Shown piece by piece: positions 11,001 to 26,000 of a DNA stretch of 64,000 nt. The position numbers and the translations under genes were made by a program. A model generated the notes under the pieces. It had not been told where the DNA came from, searched no databases, and worked only from the letters and a program-made list of their open reading frames with translations. The stretch comes from Phoronis australis (taxonomy: Eukaryota; Animalia; Phoronida), in the NCBI GenBank assembly GCA_002633005.1, contig NMRA01000353.1, positions 195,625-259,624 of the forward strand, in the 5' to 3' direction. Numbering within the stretch: position 1 is the first letter of the stretch; the number at the start of each line of letters is the position of its first letter.

Positions 11001-14000
11001 GTCTGTAATTAGGTCACAACAATATTGTGGCTAGAGTTATATTGATTAAAAGCCCCTCCAAAAGATATCCATAAAGAAAAGTTGTCTACCACACAGAGCA
11101 CTTGTTAGTTGCTAAACTCTTTTCTAATGCTACGCAAAGTACGCAAATATACGGTAAACGTCCAAACCAAAACATGAGCGCTCATTCCCATACACAGAAT
11201 TTCATGCGTCATCATCATTTCACAGCGCCACATTTCCATACAGGTGGCGCTGTTACAAATGGCAATGAGTTGCCTTCAATTCAGCAACTGCAGGCGACGG
11301 TCTTCCCAGCAAAACTATGTCAGCCAAGTACAAACTTGTAATTACCTTTTCTGCTCCTTTCCTGTCCATGCTACAGTTGCTGCCAGTACTGATGACCCCA
11401 GGGGAGGTAACTCCAGGCATAGCACTGAGTGACAAGTCTTCACTCTCAGAATTACTCAGGGGGTCTTCATCCTTGTTCAACTGCCACAAAATAAGAACAT
11501 GTTTGACAGCTAAGAAACTGTAGATTTAATCTGTCATAATCTGAGTACACTCTCACACCACTGGTAGAGAGGATTACCTGTGGCAGACTGAACTTTATTC
11601 GATAGACCAAGCATCACCTATTAATCTACACACCAACTACTTAAAAATGTTAATAAAATGTTTTCAGATTACTTAAAGTCAATTAAGTGCCATAATAATC
11701 CAGCACGAAAGGTCTTATAAACAATGACTTCTGACTTTTGAAATAAAAACTGCAATTATTGTTCACAAACTTGGGAAAAATTCAATTTCTGAAGAGGTGT
11801 TTTTAACAAATTATGACTTATGTCCTTAATTTTTGAACAAATGAGACTAATTGGTCATCAAGAAATGTAATTTTTGACAGAGTGTAATTTTTGTGAAAAT
11901 GCTTTCATGCGATAAGATTTTCTTTACTTGATCAGAAATGTAACATCACGCATTTTGACAGGTGTGAGTATCTCCAACTAAAGAGAAATCCTTAATTGTT
12001 CTTTACTCAAGTCTCCTTTGCTCCAGTCCGCCATTCATCACAGCTAGGGGTCAGTTTTTTACTAAAGTCTCCTTTGCTCCAGTCTGCCATGCATCAGAGC
12101 TAGGGGTTAGTTTTTTACTAAAGTCTCCTTTGCTCCAGTCTGCCATGCATCAGAGCTAGGGGTCAGTTTTTTACTAAAGTCTCCTTTGCTCCAGTCTCCC
12201 ATGCATCAGAGCTAAGGGTCGGTTTCTAAGCTCCAGTCTGCCATGCATCACAGCTAGGGGGTCAGTTTCTAAGCTCCAGTCTGCCATGCATCACAGCTAG
12301 GGGGTCAGTTTCTAAGCTCCAGTCTGCCATGCATCATCACAGCTAGGGGGTCAGTTTCTAATAACAATGGTCCCACCTGCTGATTAGTTCGACGCCCATG
12401 CATGTTACAGCTCTCATTGGAATTATCTCCCTCTTGCACAGGTTTGAATAAAAATGGTGCCAGGTCCGCTTCGTCTATCTGCTGGTCATCGCCATACTTT
12501 TTGAAGAAGACTTTACAGTGCGAGCAGACGATCAACTTGTCCCTACCAACATGGTGCCATTCTTGACAATCTGAAAACATTTAACAAAGGAACAGTCATA
12601 CAACAATTCTGTCAACAAATGTCACAGAATGAGCTAAGAAAATTAAATTTCATAAGCAAGATCCAATAATATAAACATAATACACTAGATGACACAAAAG
12701 CTTCACCAGTTGAACAGTCGATTTGACATCACGTAACACTTTTAATTGCATTATGAGTGAAACTTTTTTTATCATCAATCCTGTTGCTCCAAAATATATG
12801 TATATCAGCATACTTTCATGTCTCTGTGTCAAAGAAAAACTATTTAGACACCAGAAAAGATATTAATTACCCAAAATAAGTTGAATGTGTGTTAAAGAAA
12901 AGATTAAACGCTTCAATGGTTCTTTGTGCATACTGGTGGTGCAAACACATAATCTACCTGTAGTAAAACACTTTTGACAAGTGAAGACGGGTAAATGTTT
13001 AGTGTCACTGTCCTCAGTCGACTCGTTTGAGGAAGCCTCACTGTTCGAACTCTCCACTGGAAAACAAACATTTTCCTAGATTGAAACAAACCATTAAACA
13101 AAGGAGCATCCATAGCTGGACAACATTCAAAGTCACAACCAATCATAGATGAGCTTATAACATAGCAATTTGTCACTTTACACCAATCATGAAGCCTGTT
13201 ATAATATAGCATGTAAATCTGTCACACTTATCACAAGACCACCCCTTTAATGCAAAAGAAAGTGTTGAAAATAGTTCCTTAAATAGTGCAAGTACAAAGA
13301 TCATTACAATGATGCAGACAGCTGAATGTGGCAAGCAGCAATGAGATACATTGAGACCAATCAGTGTACAGTGAGTTTATAGGGGCAGACAAGCAAGACA
13401 CAACAACCAGTCCTGCACAGTGAATTGTCACGGTAAAATGATAAACTACTCCATAAATTGATTTTGGATTGTTGAGTTATTAGACTCAATAACCAGTGAT
13501 CCCAACACATAACATTAAGATGTTATGCACAAAATAAAAGACAGCTCATAACAGACAAAACACACCACAACAATCACTTTAATTGCTACAAATAACCTCT
13601 TACTGAAAATGTGAATCTGGATACAGTGATTATGCAGTAACTGTGAATGTCCATGACTCTTCAAGCTGTCAGTTCATAATTATATACTTGGGAGATTCTT
13701 CAATTTAACATTTTCCAAATGTTATACACTCACACACCACCACTCAATCTGTCATCCCAGCTCCATTTACGATCACAAGTAAATCTCAGTCATCTCACTT
13801 CCACACGCGAACAGCGATTTATACAGGATTCCAAAACTGGGACTCCATATTTTCAAAAAAATTGACCGAACATAGGAGTTCCCACGAGCACTGGAGGTCT
13901 GTAGGTAGCGTTGTGGCTGCAGCGCCATGCAGTGGTGTATCCACCCATGTAATAACATAGAACAGTGAAGTGGAAAAAAGTGTCATTGATAAAACGCAGA

Positions 14001-17000
14001 CCATTTATATATTCAATGACTTTAAAATGGAAGTCTATATGGACATGTTTGAAACAGTATGCGAAAACATTTTACTCAAAAAAAATGTGACCTTCATACC
14101 AGAGATGCCAATGTGGAGAATGTCCAAAAACTAACACAGTTTTCAACAGCAATGTCCAGTCTTTCATGAAGCAGACAATCCAAAATAAAGTGTCTTGGTA
14201 AAGCGAGTTGCATTTCTATCATACATAATCTTGACAGTTGAGTCTGTTTTCTCTTAATCCCATGTCTGCACAACATTCATGGTCAATACCCTCGTAATGT
14301 TTGTCTGAATTCGACAACAAAAAGTCAGTACATCCAAAACTACATGACCAGAATTCTTCCAGAAATTGCATAACAAACGAGTCCACGGCTTCGTCCACTT
14401 TCTTGAATATCTAATTAGTTAGAGTAAATAAACCGATTCATGTGCGTTTCCATTTACTTGGACGGGAGAGCAAGTACAAACCAATATTTCTAGAAAGATA
14501 TCGACTGAATTGTAAAACGTTAGCAGTAAATTTCTTATTTCTGAAATGACTGATGGCCTATTTACTTGAGGGACGGCCGACCAGCCAATAATATTAAGAA
14601 AGCGGTCATCATTTCAAGCAACTTTTTTAATTCTGGCCATCCTGTCGAATAAAATTTTGGCCGTCTCAATGACGGCCAAGACGGCTGATGTATAAACACC
14701 TGCGTAACCACAAGTCAATCTCAGTTAACTCAATTCCACACATCATCACAAGTCAGTTTCAATCGTTTCACTTCTTGTGTCACATTAACACGACAACGAA
14801 ATGCTGTCAAATTCAACATTGAACAATTATCCTGGAAACACCTATCACAGCAAGTTTCAGTGCAAGATAATTTTCAGCTCATCAATACCGAGGTCATCGC
14901 CAGAGAAAAGCCCGTTGATGAAAACAACTGTTCAAGAAAGGTCAATACAACAACACCTGTACTCTGTGCATGCAGGAGCGGCTCTAAGTCTATCAGAAAT
15001 ACTTTATAGCAGAGATAGTTGAACCTTGCTGATGTCAGTCTCATACAGACAGACATCCACTGACACTCAATCGTCTCTGCAGGTTTTCCTACATCTCAAA
15101 ATTACTGTCACTGCCCTGCTTTACCTGAGCATGAAACCTCCCCTAACTAATACACACAACTAAATGGCCACCTTTCACATTTTAGAATACTTAGTGCTGA
15201 ACAGTGCAGTAATAAAACAAGCACTACTCCCCATTAAGTCAGTCTATCAGTTAGCTAAGCTAGATTTAGCATTTCAGTCTGTGAGCATTAAAAAAATTCA
15301 ATGGCTATATAGGAGTCGTAAACTACTGAACGGCTATAATATAAACACAAATTTCATTTAGGACTGGCTAATAAAAAACTAGCTTAAAGGGATTAAGAAC
15401 CATCATTTGATGATGAAAGTCTACCAAGAGCTGTTAACATGACCTAGAATACATGAATAATAGGGGTCGTTGAAATAAGGTAGGACGCCTGGTTGCAGAC
15501 TTTGATTGCACATCCATAACTGAAACTTCAATTCTGTATTTTTTGTAAAAAAAAAGTTGCAATGATTAGAAAATTAACTTAAGCACCACCTTCCAAGAGT
15601 ATAAGAGTATTTAATGACACGTTAATCAGCCAGTAAGCCCATACAACTACCCAAGTGAAGAAAAGCCGAATACTTACAGAATTCACTGGAAGCAGGACGC
15701 GAGGGGCGTGATTGTCTGCGCAGGACGCTCCGTCTGCCTTTACGATGAGGTCGTGACCCTGCTGCAGCTGGAGTCTTCTTCCAATAGTAGTAGAACTCCA
15801 CCAGCTCTGACTATAAGAAGACAACTGCTGGTTAAATAAGATAAATGACAGGACCACACCAACAACAGCTGTAGGTCGCCAATGTGACCGCCGATTGGGT
15901 TTGGCGACTGGGATTTTTGCCAGGTCGCCAAGTGTGATTTGGTGTTTAGCTAATCGTCAAGCACTGAACAATATCAACATCAAGTCGCCACAAAGTTGCC
16001 GCTGAGAATATCAAAGACAGACAATAATTCCTCTAAATTCATTTCAAAGTTCGTGTTGACTTCCAAACTTTTTTTGGTTGACAAACTTTTTTGTATGACG
16101 GATAGGAAACCGTGGAATTGAGGAAATGATTTGGACATCTGAGACTTTCAGGTTTGGCGACCACAGATTTCGTTTGGCGACCTGGGACTTTTGCCAGGTC
16201 ACCAAGTGCATCTTGGCATTTAGTTAAGCTTCGAGCTCTAAACAGTATTAACATTAACACGGTTTGATTTGGCCATCTGGAAAAATCCGAGGCCACCACA
16301 CAACACCACACCCAAGCATGTACTCAAAATACTTCAGGTAGTAAACAAATTGAAGTCAGAATGGTTGCACAAAAACTGTAAAAAACCTGATCTTGTTTCT
16401 CTGCCTCTGTAAGTGAGGGTCTGCTGGCAATATTGGGTCCCGTGCAGGACTACGCAAAAATTTTTCATCAATGCAAATAAGCCTTCCAGGTGATCTCAGA
16501 TACGTAGTAACTCGTTTATTTCATTTTCGGCAACTGTCAATGAGATTTGGCAACCTTAGTTCCCGTTCGGAGACCCGGAAATTTTGCCAGATCACAGTTG
16601 ACGTTACAACAAGTATCAAGACCCTCATGAACTATACTAATCAGCATGGTAGTATTCCTGGCAATAGCGATGGCAATAATACTGTACAATTTCTAATCTT
16701 CCACACATTAAAGTGGTGATAAACCCAACTTCCACCAAAAAAGTCAAGATTTGTTATGGAATTGAACTCAAATTGTTCTTTAATAAAGATTTGAAGTGAT
16801 TTCAAGGCTTCAAAGGAACCGACTAAATTGGTTATTGCTCGAGACCAGGCAGCACAATTTGGCTTGCTACGCTGTGACATCTCATGCAGTGAGCATGTCT
16901 TGACGTTTAACTATATACCACTTCTTTGCAAATCTAAGCATCATTTCTTATCTGAGAATATGTACTGTTTATTGAGGACAAAAGTAAAAGATACATCCTC

Positions 17001-20000
17001 TTAAGCAAAAAAAATTCTATTCCAGACAGTACTCACAAAAATAGAAACAAACATGGTAATGAACAATGGTGAAAGGGTCATCAAGATACAATGGTAATAA
17101 ATTACAATTAATTTTAAAATGGCAAAGCAGAAAATTTAAAGAGACGATGATTATAAGGTTAAAAACAGTATTTAAGAAAAAATATTTTAAATAAAGGAGA
17201 AAGTAATGTATAAATAATGTGGTGCTACCATGAAATCATATGAAAGACAATGTATCAAAGGTAATGATTAAGTCGAGCAAATGTGGTAAATGATCTAAAT
17301 CAAAAGTTTGATTCTTGGACGAAATGTACATTAATACAAACAGAATGTGAGCAATGTCTCAAGGGGACCTTTCATACCAATGGCGGAGCGCCATCTTGTG
17401 ATAACTTTGATGACTCACACAACAAACAGCAATAAATTCAGCATTTGCGAAATATCGAACCTCATTTGAAAAGTCCAACTATAACTTAGCAATTTACATC
17501 CATGCTATTTTGGTACTGGATTTAAGTCAATTTGGTGGTGGATTGAAGTTGATATGAAAAGGACTTGAAAGGTCTCAAAAATTTGCACACATTTTACCTA
17601 TAGTCACATGATGCGGTGATAATCTTTTTTATCACTGAGCGAGTAGACTAAAATCTGAACAAGGACACTTGTGAGAGTGGAGACTGACAATAATGGAGAG
17701 AGACTATCCATAAATCAAGCCTGTCACTCTTGTCCTATCTGCTCAAAAGAAGGGCACCACATGGATCATACTGTAGTTGTCTACTTAACACCACACAGTT
17801 TCACCTGCCTTAATGGATAACATAAACCTACACAGACTGAGCCATTGAATATCTTGAAAGACTAGGAGATATTTGTAGCAAGTTGTGCCATAGTTGAGAT
17901 TGATAAAGTAGCACACTTGAAGTTTATGTTGCACGTATGTGTTGTTTTGCAAAGCTGGCAAACCTATCACTATCCAATTCATTATTTAGTTCATTGCACC
18001 AACCATAAAAATGGATTTCACATCATTTCAGTCAATGACTCTTCCCACATTTCTAACTGTCACTATCAAATACCAAAAATAATAACCAAAACAATAATAA
18101 CTGCAAGCAACTATAACCGTACTGTTAACAGTGTAGTCACTCCTGTTGATAGTTGGACATATCTCATGCCAAAATGGAGAAAATTCAATGTTCACGTCAG
18201 TGCATATAGACCACCGTGGATTACACAATGTTCACGTCAGTGCATATAGACCACCGTGGATTACACAATGTTCACGTCAGTGCATATAGACCACCGTGGA
18301 TTACACAAAAACTACCTCAAAGTGGTTGCAGCAAATTAACATTGTAAGAACATCTTGAAGTTTCCAGTCACAAGTTGTCAATAATCAAATGACCTGTTAA
18401 ATTCAAAGAACTCATTTTCATTTAAGTTCACCTTCAGATTTGAATATTCCAGAAAATATGCTCCTATTGAAAGCAGAAAACATGACACTGACAATGTGTA
18501 CCAATCACAGGCTGAAGTAGGCTACGAATAGTTTATGGTAGATGTGCTTGTATGTAGGTTAGGTGTACCTTATGGTAGATATGCTTGTACGGAGGCTACT
18601 TAGTAGATGTAGCTTACGGTGTAGATGTGCTTGTTGTATGCGCCAGGTGCCTCAACTTGGAATCCTGCTTAATCTCAAGATCGCATATATACCTGAACTT
18701 GAAATACACAAGGAAAGTGGACAAGTTCACCAACATATTTACGTTCACCTTGGCTAAATTAGCACTACACTACATCAAATTACATGGCAAAAAATAATGT
18801 AAATTTTAACCAACTTTTTTCAACTATAGGCGATGTTGTTCACCAACAATAATCAATTTAATCTTCCATATATTCCTCCGATACTATGACACAAGTTACA
18901 ATATCAGAGAAAATGGCTGATTGTGAGGCTGATAATTACGAAAATTCTTTACACTGAACAAAAAATCACCTGCCTTAATGAATATTCAATTCCAAGTTCA
19001 CGCATTAGTGATCTTGAGATTAAGATGAATTCTGAGTTGAGGCAGAGCATATGCACCAGATGTGACCTAGCAATTATCTCTTGATTGGACTGCAGCTCTA
19101 CAATAATACACAGTACACAGCTACCACTCATACAGTAAAGTGAATATTGCAGTAAAGAGAATATATTGCAGACAAGACAAGGATATTCTGTCCTTGTAAA
19201 CACACAAGGGCCCACATGTACTTACCCAAAGCACTGCTGACTAGTGCCTCACTAACAATAGACCAGAATGGGACTGTAGTACCAAACAGACCTATCATAT
19301 TATACACAACAAGTCCATGACATTATCCACCTGACAAAAGCGCACAACTGTGACTCTTTACACAACTTTACATCAACTGGCTTTTCATAGAGGTCTATAG
19401 AGCCAGCTTTACTGTAAGTTACACACTGTGTCTGGGGAACCTTCAACAGTACTGGTTGAACTGACTCTTTAGGTTTTTAAAAATCAAAGTATAACTTTGA
19501 ACACACGGCTATTCCCAACCATTCTCTCGCATGCACAAGTCTATTTGCAGTCCAAACAAAATCTAGTCAAACAGCACAACACAACTTACTGTAACCATCA
19601 ACCACGAGTGGCTGTTTGCATGATTAAGCCAACAAACAGGAACACAAGTAATTAACAAAGTAAGCAGAACAGATGGAATCAATACCAAAATCTAAATGAA
19701 GATCTTGTCCACCTCAAGGCAAACACATTCTACAACTTGTGTGTGTTGATCTTCACAATAACCCTTGACACTGACAACAAGAAACAGCTCAGGCAAAACA
19801 AGATGGAGAATTTCATAAAATAAATCTATCATAAATTGACAGAATTAATACAACATCAGTTGAATTCCACATGGAGACAACCAAGTCTTTCTTACCACGC
19901 TATCTATAACCACTACAGGCGATATGTCTCTCCAGAACAAGGGTCAGAAATAACCTGGTTCACTGGGAAATCTGCAACCTTCACTTCACATGTCGGCCAT

Positions 20001-23000
20001 TTTGAAACCCAGTAAGCAGCCTGGTCAATTAGATTAGGGTGGCTGTAGTTTGTAATGATAATATGATTATTGATTTTCCCTGGCACACGATCACTGCTAA
20101 ATGATAGACATTACAAATATTAGCCTACTATGTACACAGGCAATCTCTTTGTGGCAGTGTTTGCATTAGATAGCCAAGTTCACATGCAACTGCTGTCACA
20201 TCCTATGTCAACATAAGCCTCGATAAAAAATTGCACACTCTCACAGATAGGCAAACCAGATACGGATAGCAAAAAGATTACCGAATGTTATTAAAGTAAA
20301 GCGCACTGATTTATACCGCAATTATCTGCTATTATTGTCCTCGAATAGCATAAATTATTGTTATCTTAAATTTAAATCACTGCCTCACCAGTAATAAAAT
20401 GGAACATTAAATCAAAGTGGACAATTGGCCAAAGCCACTCAGGCAAATCAAATAGTTACAAGAAGTGACGGATTTCATCAACCAGGTTCACAGGTAAAAA
20501 AGCAATAATCAACGCACAGCGATGCTATCGACGATAAAAAATCTTCAGTTTAGAAAACAATGTGGATAAAATGTAAAATTTCATACTCATCCAGTCAATG
20601 TTCGAAACAATAACTATTTTAGCACCATTTTCACCGTAGAGTTATTACTAATCAACATTTGATAAGAATTGCGTGTGTTAAGGTGTAGTAAGACTTTGGA
20701 AAATAGGGAAATGTCAATTTCGGAATTCATTTTGGTCCAAATTTAAGGCTTCCATAATTATCAGTCATGGCATCATCCTGTCAATGTTCCATTTGGCAAA
20801 CATAGACAGCAACTATCCTAGACCAACAAGGCAAAGTAATGTTACTAAGTATAGACTGTAGCCTGAACCAGGCATGCAGTGTACAGACACATGTATGAAG
20901 AACAGGGGAGGCTAACCAAAACAGTCACCATGTTTACTTTGGCAGGACTATAAATTATCAAAGTTAACTGGATAAATAAGCACACATCACCTCTAACACA
21001 TGCCTGAAGACACTAAAAACAACTGCGCAGACTCCAATACAAAAAGTAATGGTCAACACTTCTCTCAAAAGGTGGCTCCAATGATGAAGTTATCAAATTT
21101 TAAGTTACTGGCAGCAGTTCTCTGTAGATCTGTGTCAAGAATCTTAACAACACAGTAGAATTCAAATCAACATACATTTAGCACATTCATATAACAACAA
21201 GATGGCCCTTCAGTTTTGGCTAACATTCATACTAAAACAATTCTGCACTATGTCAATTCCCAAAAAATAATTAAGAAATCCTTATCTTGATGTAAAGGTG
21301 CCTGTACTGTTGGGAAGCATGACACCACCAGAGGGCAGTATCATCAGGGGTACCAGCAAGCATCAGCCATACCAACTCTACAGAGTTGTAGAAGCCTAAG
21401 TGTGCAAGACATTTATACGAATCTTACGAGTAACCCACCACACAGTCGTGGTAATTTGATGGCATGATCATAACAAAGAGTTCAAGAGAAAAAACTGAAA
21501 AATTCCACTGCATCAAATGGCTCATCCAAACCCGAGGTTAACTGTACATTGTAGATAGTACTAAATGCTGATCACAAATAAATCTATAACCATCTACCAA
21601 TGATGTACCTCTGGACAAACAGACACTGGTGTGACAGTTTATTCCTAGGTTTCTGAGGGAGTAAAACGTGTCTTAATTAACCTACTGTGAGGAAGGTAAC
21701 AAGAGGAGGTAATAGGTCATTCTTTTTTGCAGAATTCATGTAATAGTGATTTGTTTCTTAAACAAAGCTTAAACATTCACTAATACATGCCTACTAGCCA
21801 AAGTTAATGAAAATCTGTTGAGGACCTTTGAAGATACAGAAGTAAACATAAAAACAACAAGAGCAACGCAGAGCATTCAAAAGCGCCCACGAATGCACCA
21901 CAAACTGTCTGCTTCTAGAGTTGTTTATTTGTATCATAAAAATGGCCAATAGATGGCGCAAAATGTCCAATCCATCTGAAAATGGAACATGCCGTCATTT
22001 CTTTAATAGAAAGCTATTTACCAAATTTCAGAAATATCTGTCAAGGAACTTCAGAGAAACAAATGAACACGATAAAAAAAAATAAATAGCCACAAGGGGG
22101 CACAGAGTCCACCTGAAAGTTGTCATCGCCTATAGTTAGCTTCAGGAAGCACCACAGTATTCGAAGGCATCATCATCAACCGTCCTCATCACACTTAGAA
22201 CATATACTCCAATTTTCAATCCTCAGAATGGACATGAAAACAGTTAAAATGGCCACTAGGTGGGGCAAAATACCTCACATCCATTCGAAAATGGCAGGAT
22301 AGCAACTCAGTTGAGGACCTTTGAATATACAGAAAAACTAAAATTGCCACTAGGGGGTGTAACGGTAGTCCGATTCATGAGCAAGTCATCGTTGTTCGTT
22401 GTCAACACCATATAAATATACGTGCTATATTAAGTAAAAGATCCTATAAATGGTTCAGGAGATACAGCCATGGGCGCAAAAACAAAACTGTCACAAAGAA
22501 GCACCACAATATTCTAAGTCATCAGAAAATCGTCAGTCGCCTCAACACAGAAAGAAGTTCAACATATGTGCCAATTTTCAAAATCATCATCACCAGAGCG
22601 GTTTGGTTGATAGAAGGACGGACGCCAAAAAACTAAAAAAAAGTAACAACAGCAACGTGGAGCGTTGAAATGCACCCACGAATGCATTGCAAATGGTGTA
22701 CTTTTAGGGTTATTTATTTGTATCACAAAAATGGCCACTAGATGGCGCAAAAACATACAATCCATCCAAAAACAGGAACATGCCATATTTCATACAAATC
22801 TGTCAAGGAACTTCTGAGAAAACATAAAATGAAATTGCCACTAGTGGGCACAGTGTCCGTTGGATCCGCCTGAAAGTCGTCGTCGTCTGTTGTTATCTTC
22901 ATATAAATACACTTACTAAATTTAGTAAAGATCCTGCAGTGGGTTTAGGAGATACAACTATGGGCACAAAACAAAACTACAACTAGGAGGCACCACAGTA

Positions 23001-26000
23001 GTCAGTCACCATCATCAAAGGTTGTCTTCATACTGAGAACATATATGCCAATTTTCAAATGATTTGGTAGATAAAGGGGTGGACACCAAAAACAAGATTT
23101 GAAAACAGCAAAAAATGGCCACTAGGTGGTGCAAAATACCTCGATTCCATCCAAAAACAGAAAGATAGCGTCATCACACCAATAGATGCCTATATGTAAA
23201 ATTTCATGAAAATCTGTTGAGGACCTTTAAAGATACTGAGTTATACGTAAAAAACTAAAATTGCCACTAGGGGGCACAGCAGTAGTCAGATATGTCCAAA
23301 AGTCGTCGTCATCCGTAGTCAACATCATCTAAATACACTTGCTAAATTAAGTAAAGATCCTGCGAACGGTTTAGGAGATACGGCCATAGGCACAACAAAA
23401 ACAAAACTGTCACTAGGAGGTGTCACAGTACTTGAAATCGTCGGAAAATCATCGTCAACCGTCCTCTTTATAGTAAGCACATACATGCCAATTTTCACAA
23501 TCATCCTTTGAGTGGTTTGATTGATAGAGGGGTGGACGCAAAAAACAAACTCGAAAACAGTTAAAATGGCCTCTACGTGGAGCAAACTACGTCGAATCCA
23601 TCCGAAAATGGGAGGACAGCGTCATCTCACTAATAGGTGCCTACATATTAAATTTCATGAAAATCCGTTAAGGACTTTTAAAGATACAAAGGTAAACGTA
23701 AAAAAAATAAAATAACCACTAGGGGGCACACCGGTGGTCGGATATGTTCAAAAGTCATCATTATCCATCTTTAACATCATATAAATATATTTACTAAATT
23801 TCGTAAAGATCCAGAGAACAATTTAGAAGATAGAGCTATAGGTGCAAAAAAAATTGCCACTAGGAGGCGCCACAGTTGTCGAAATCGTCGGAAAATCATC
23901 GTCAACTGTCCTCTTCATAGTAAGCACATGTATGCCAATTTTCACAATCATCCTTTGAGCGGTTTGGTTGATAGAGGGATGGAAGCAAAAAACAGACTCG
24001 AAAACAGTAAAAATGGCCACTAGATGGCGCAAGCTACATCGAATCCATCCGAAAATGGGAGGATAGCGTCATCTCTCTAATAGGTGCCTACATACCAAAT
24101 TTCATGAAAATCCGTTCAGGACTTTTGAAGATACAAAGATAAGCATAAAAAAATAAAATTGCCACTAGGGGGCACACCGGTAGTGGGATCCGACTGAAAG
24201 TTCGCTCATGCCGTCCCATTCATGAATGAACCATATGTGCCATATTTCATGAACGTATGTCAAAGGGATTTGGAGATAGATCAGTGGACGCCAGACGGAC
24301 GCTGCCCGGACGGACGGAGATGATGGCATAATGCGTCCACATGTAAATATGTGGGCCCATAAAAATGGCCATTAGGTGGCGCAAAGTACCTCGAATCCAT
24401 CCAAAAACGGGAATATGGCATCATCCCACTACTAGATGCCTAACTGCCAAGTTTTATGAAAATCCGTTGAGGTCCACCAAAGATACAGAGGTAAGCGCAA
24501 AAAACTAAAATTGCCACTAGGGGCACACTGGTAGTCGGAGAGGTCCAAACTTCGTCGTCATCCGTTGTCAGCTTGATATGAACATTCCTGCCAACTCTCA
24601 TCAAGAACCTGAGAGGGTTTTAGGAGATACAGCAGCACTCGCCAGATGACGGGTGCCCAGACAGAGATAACGGCAATATGCAATCACATATAAATATGTG
24701 GGCGCATAAAAATTGCCACTAGTGGCACACCGGTAGTCGTATCCGTCCGAAAGTTCACTCGTGCTGTCCCATCCACAAAAGGAACATATGTCAAAATTTC
24801 ATGAACAAGCAACAAAGGGTTCTGAAGTAGCGGATGCCAAATGGACAGACAGACAGACAGGGATGACAGCATAAAAATGACGTGAAAGAGAAAACAATGA
24901 CCAGTAGTAGAACCAGTGACATTTTCTATACAATAGAGTGTCACAAGAAATGCGTTATGACTGACCATCCAAAACCAGTCTTGCAATTCACGTTTGCATT
25001 CTGATTAAAGTTTCATAAAGGTAAGGTTCCAATTACAACGTACTTTTAAAAGTAAACTAAAACATGAGAAACAAATGAAGAAAACATGTATTTGAAGATG
25101 ACAATAACTGATTTTGTATACGTAAAAATAGATCCTCTTTCCCCTTAAAATATACAATAGAAATAGCAGCACCAACTTTCAAAATATGAACAATATAAAC
25201 ACTTATTTGGAATGCCTGACAAATTCCCAGCAGTTACTCATTGAATATTCAATAAATCCGCCCAAGACAACAGACCCTAGTAAAGTCAAGAGAAAGTCAG
25301 TAATTGTAGACAAGTCTGTCCAGTGATGTGTAAGAACCACTTCACACTTCACTAAGTCTGCCTTCTACAATCAAGCTGACAATAGCAACTATACAAGGTC
25401 TGTTATTTCTATTGAAACCAGTTGAAGTGAAGGATGGCCTAACCTAGAATTATGCTCAGATATTTCTATAGCTTTCTGGGCTTAACTCCAATTATTGCAC
25501 ATTATATGTTTAGTATTAAACTTTAAGAACAACTTTGACTCATTGTCATTAATAACAGTTGCCATAAATAATTTTTGGGCAAAATAAACAAGAATAAAAT
25601 TCAAAGAGCTGAGTCAAATGACAATAAGTATCAGGGACTCCACAAGGCTATGAGCGTTCTCTGCCCCTCCAGGAGATGTGCAGACAACCCAAGAGGGGGA
25701 TACTTTGCAACCACATACTAAGTCCATGTACATGGCAAATACGGCAGAAGTTTGACCGACTAAAATGCAAGTGTTTTAAGCCAGGTAGATGAGTTGACTG
25801 CCACTAAGTAGTTTGTTTCCTCACAAATTGAACGGCTTTCAACCAAAAACTGCATACCTTCTATTTAAATACCAGCGTAATTTATCTTCAATTCATTTGC
25901 CTCACTTTAACTCGGCACGGGGGTAAAAAGTAGTCATTTCCTGTTTAGCTGTATTACTCTGAGATGCTCCACTTCACATAAGCTTACAAGAGTGATTACA

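Noticed and set aside
22120-24986. Several short ORFs within the HINE arrays (also at 33860-34477 and 44717-45806)
   Set aside because: Frames are inconsistent between copies and there are no Rep/helicase motifs; the elements are non-coding.
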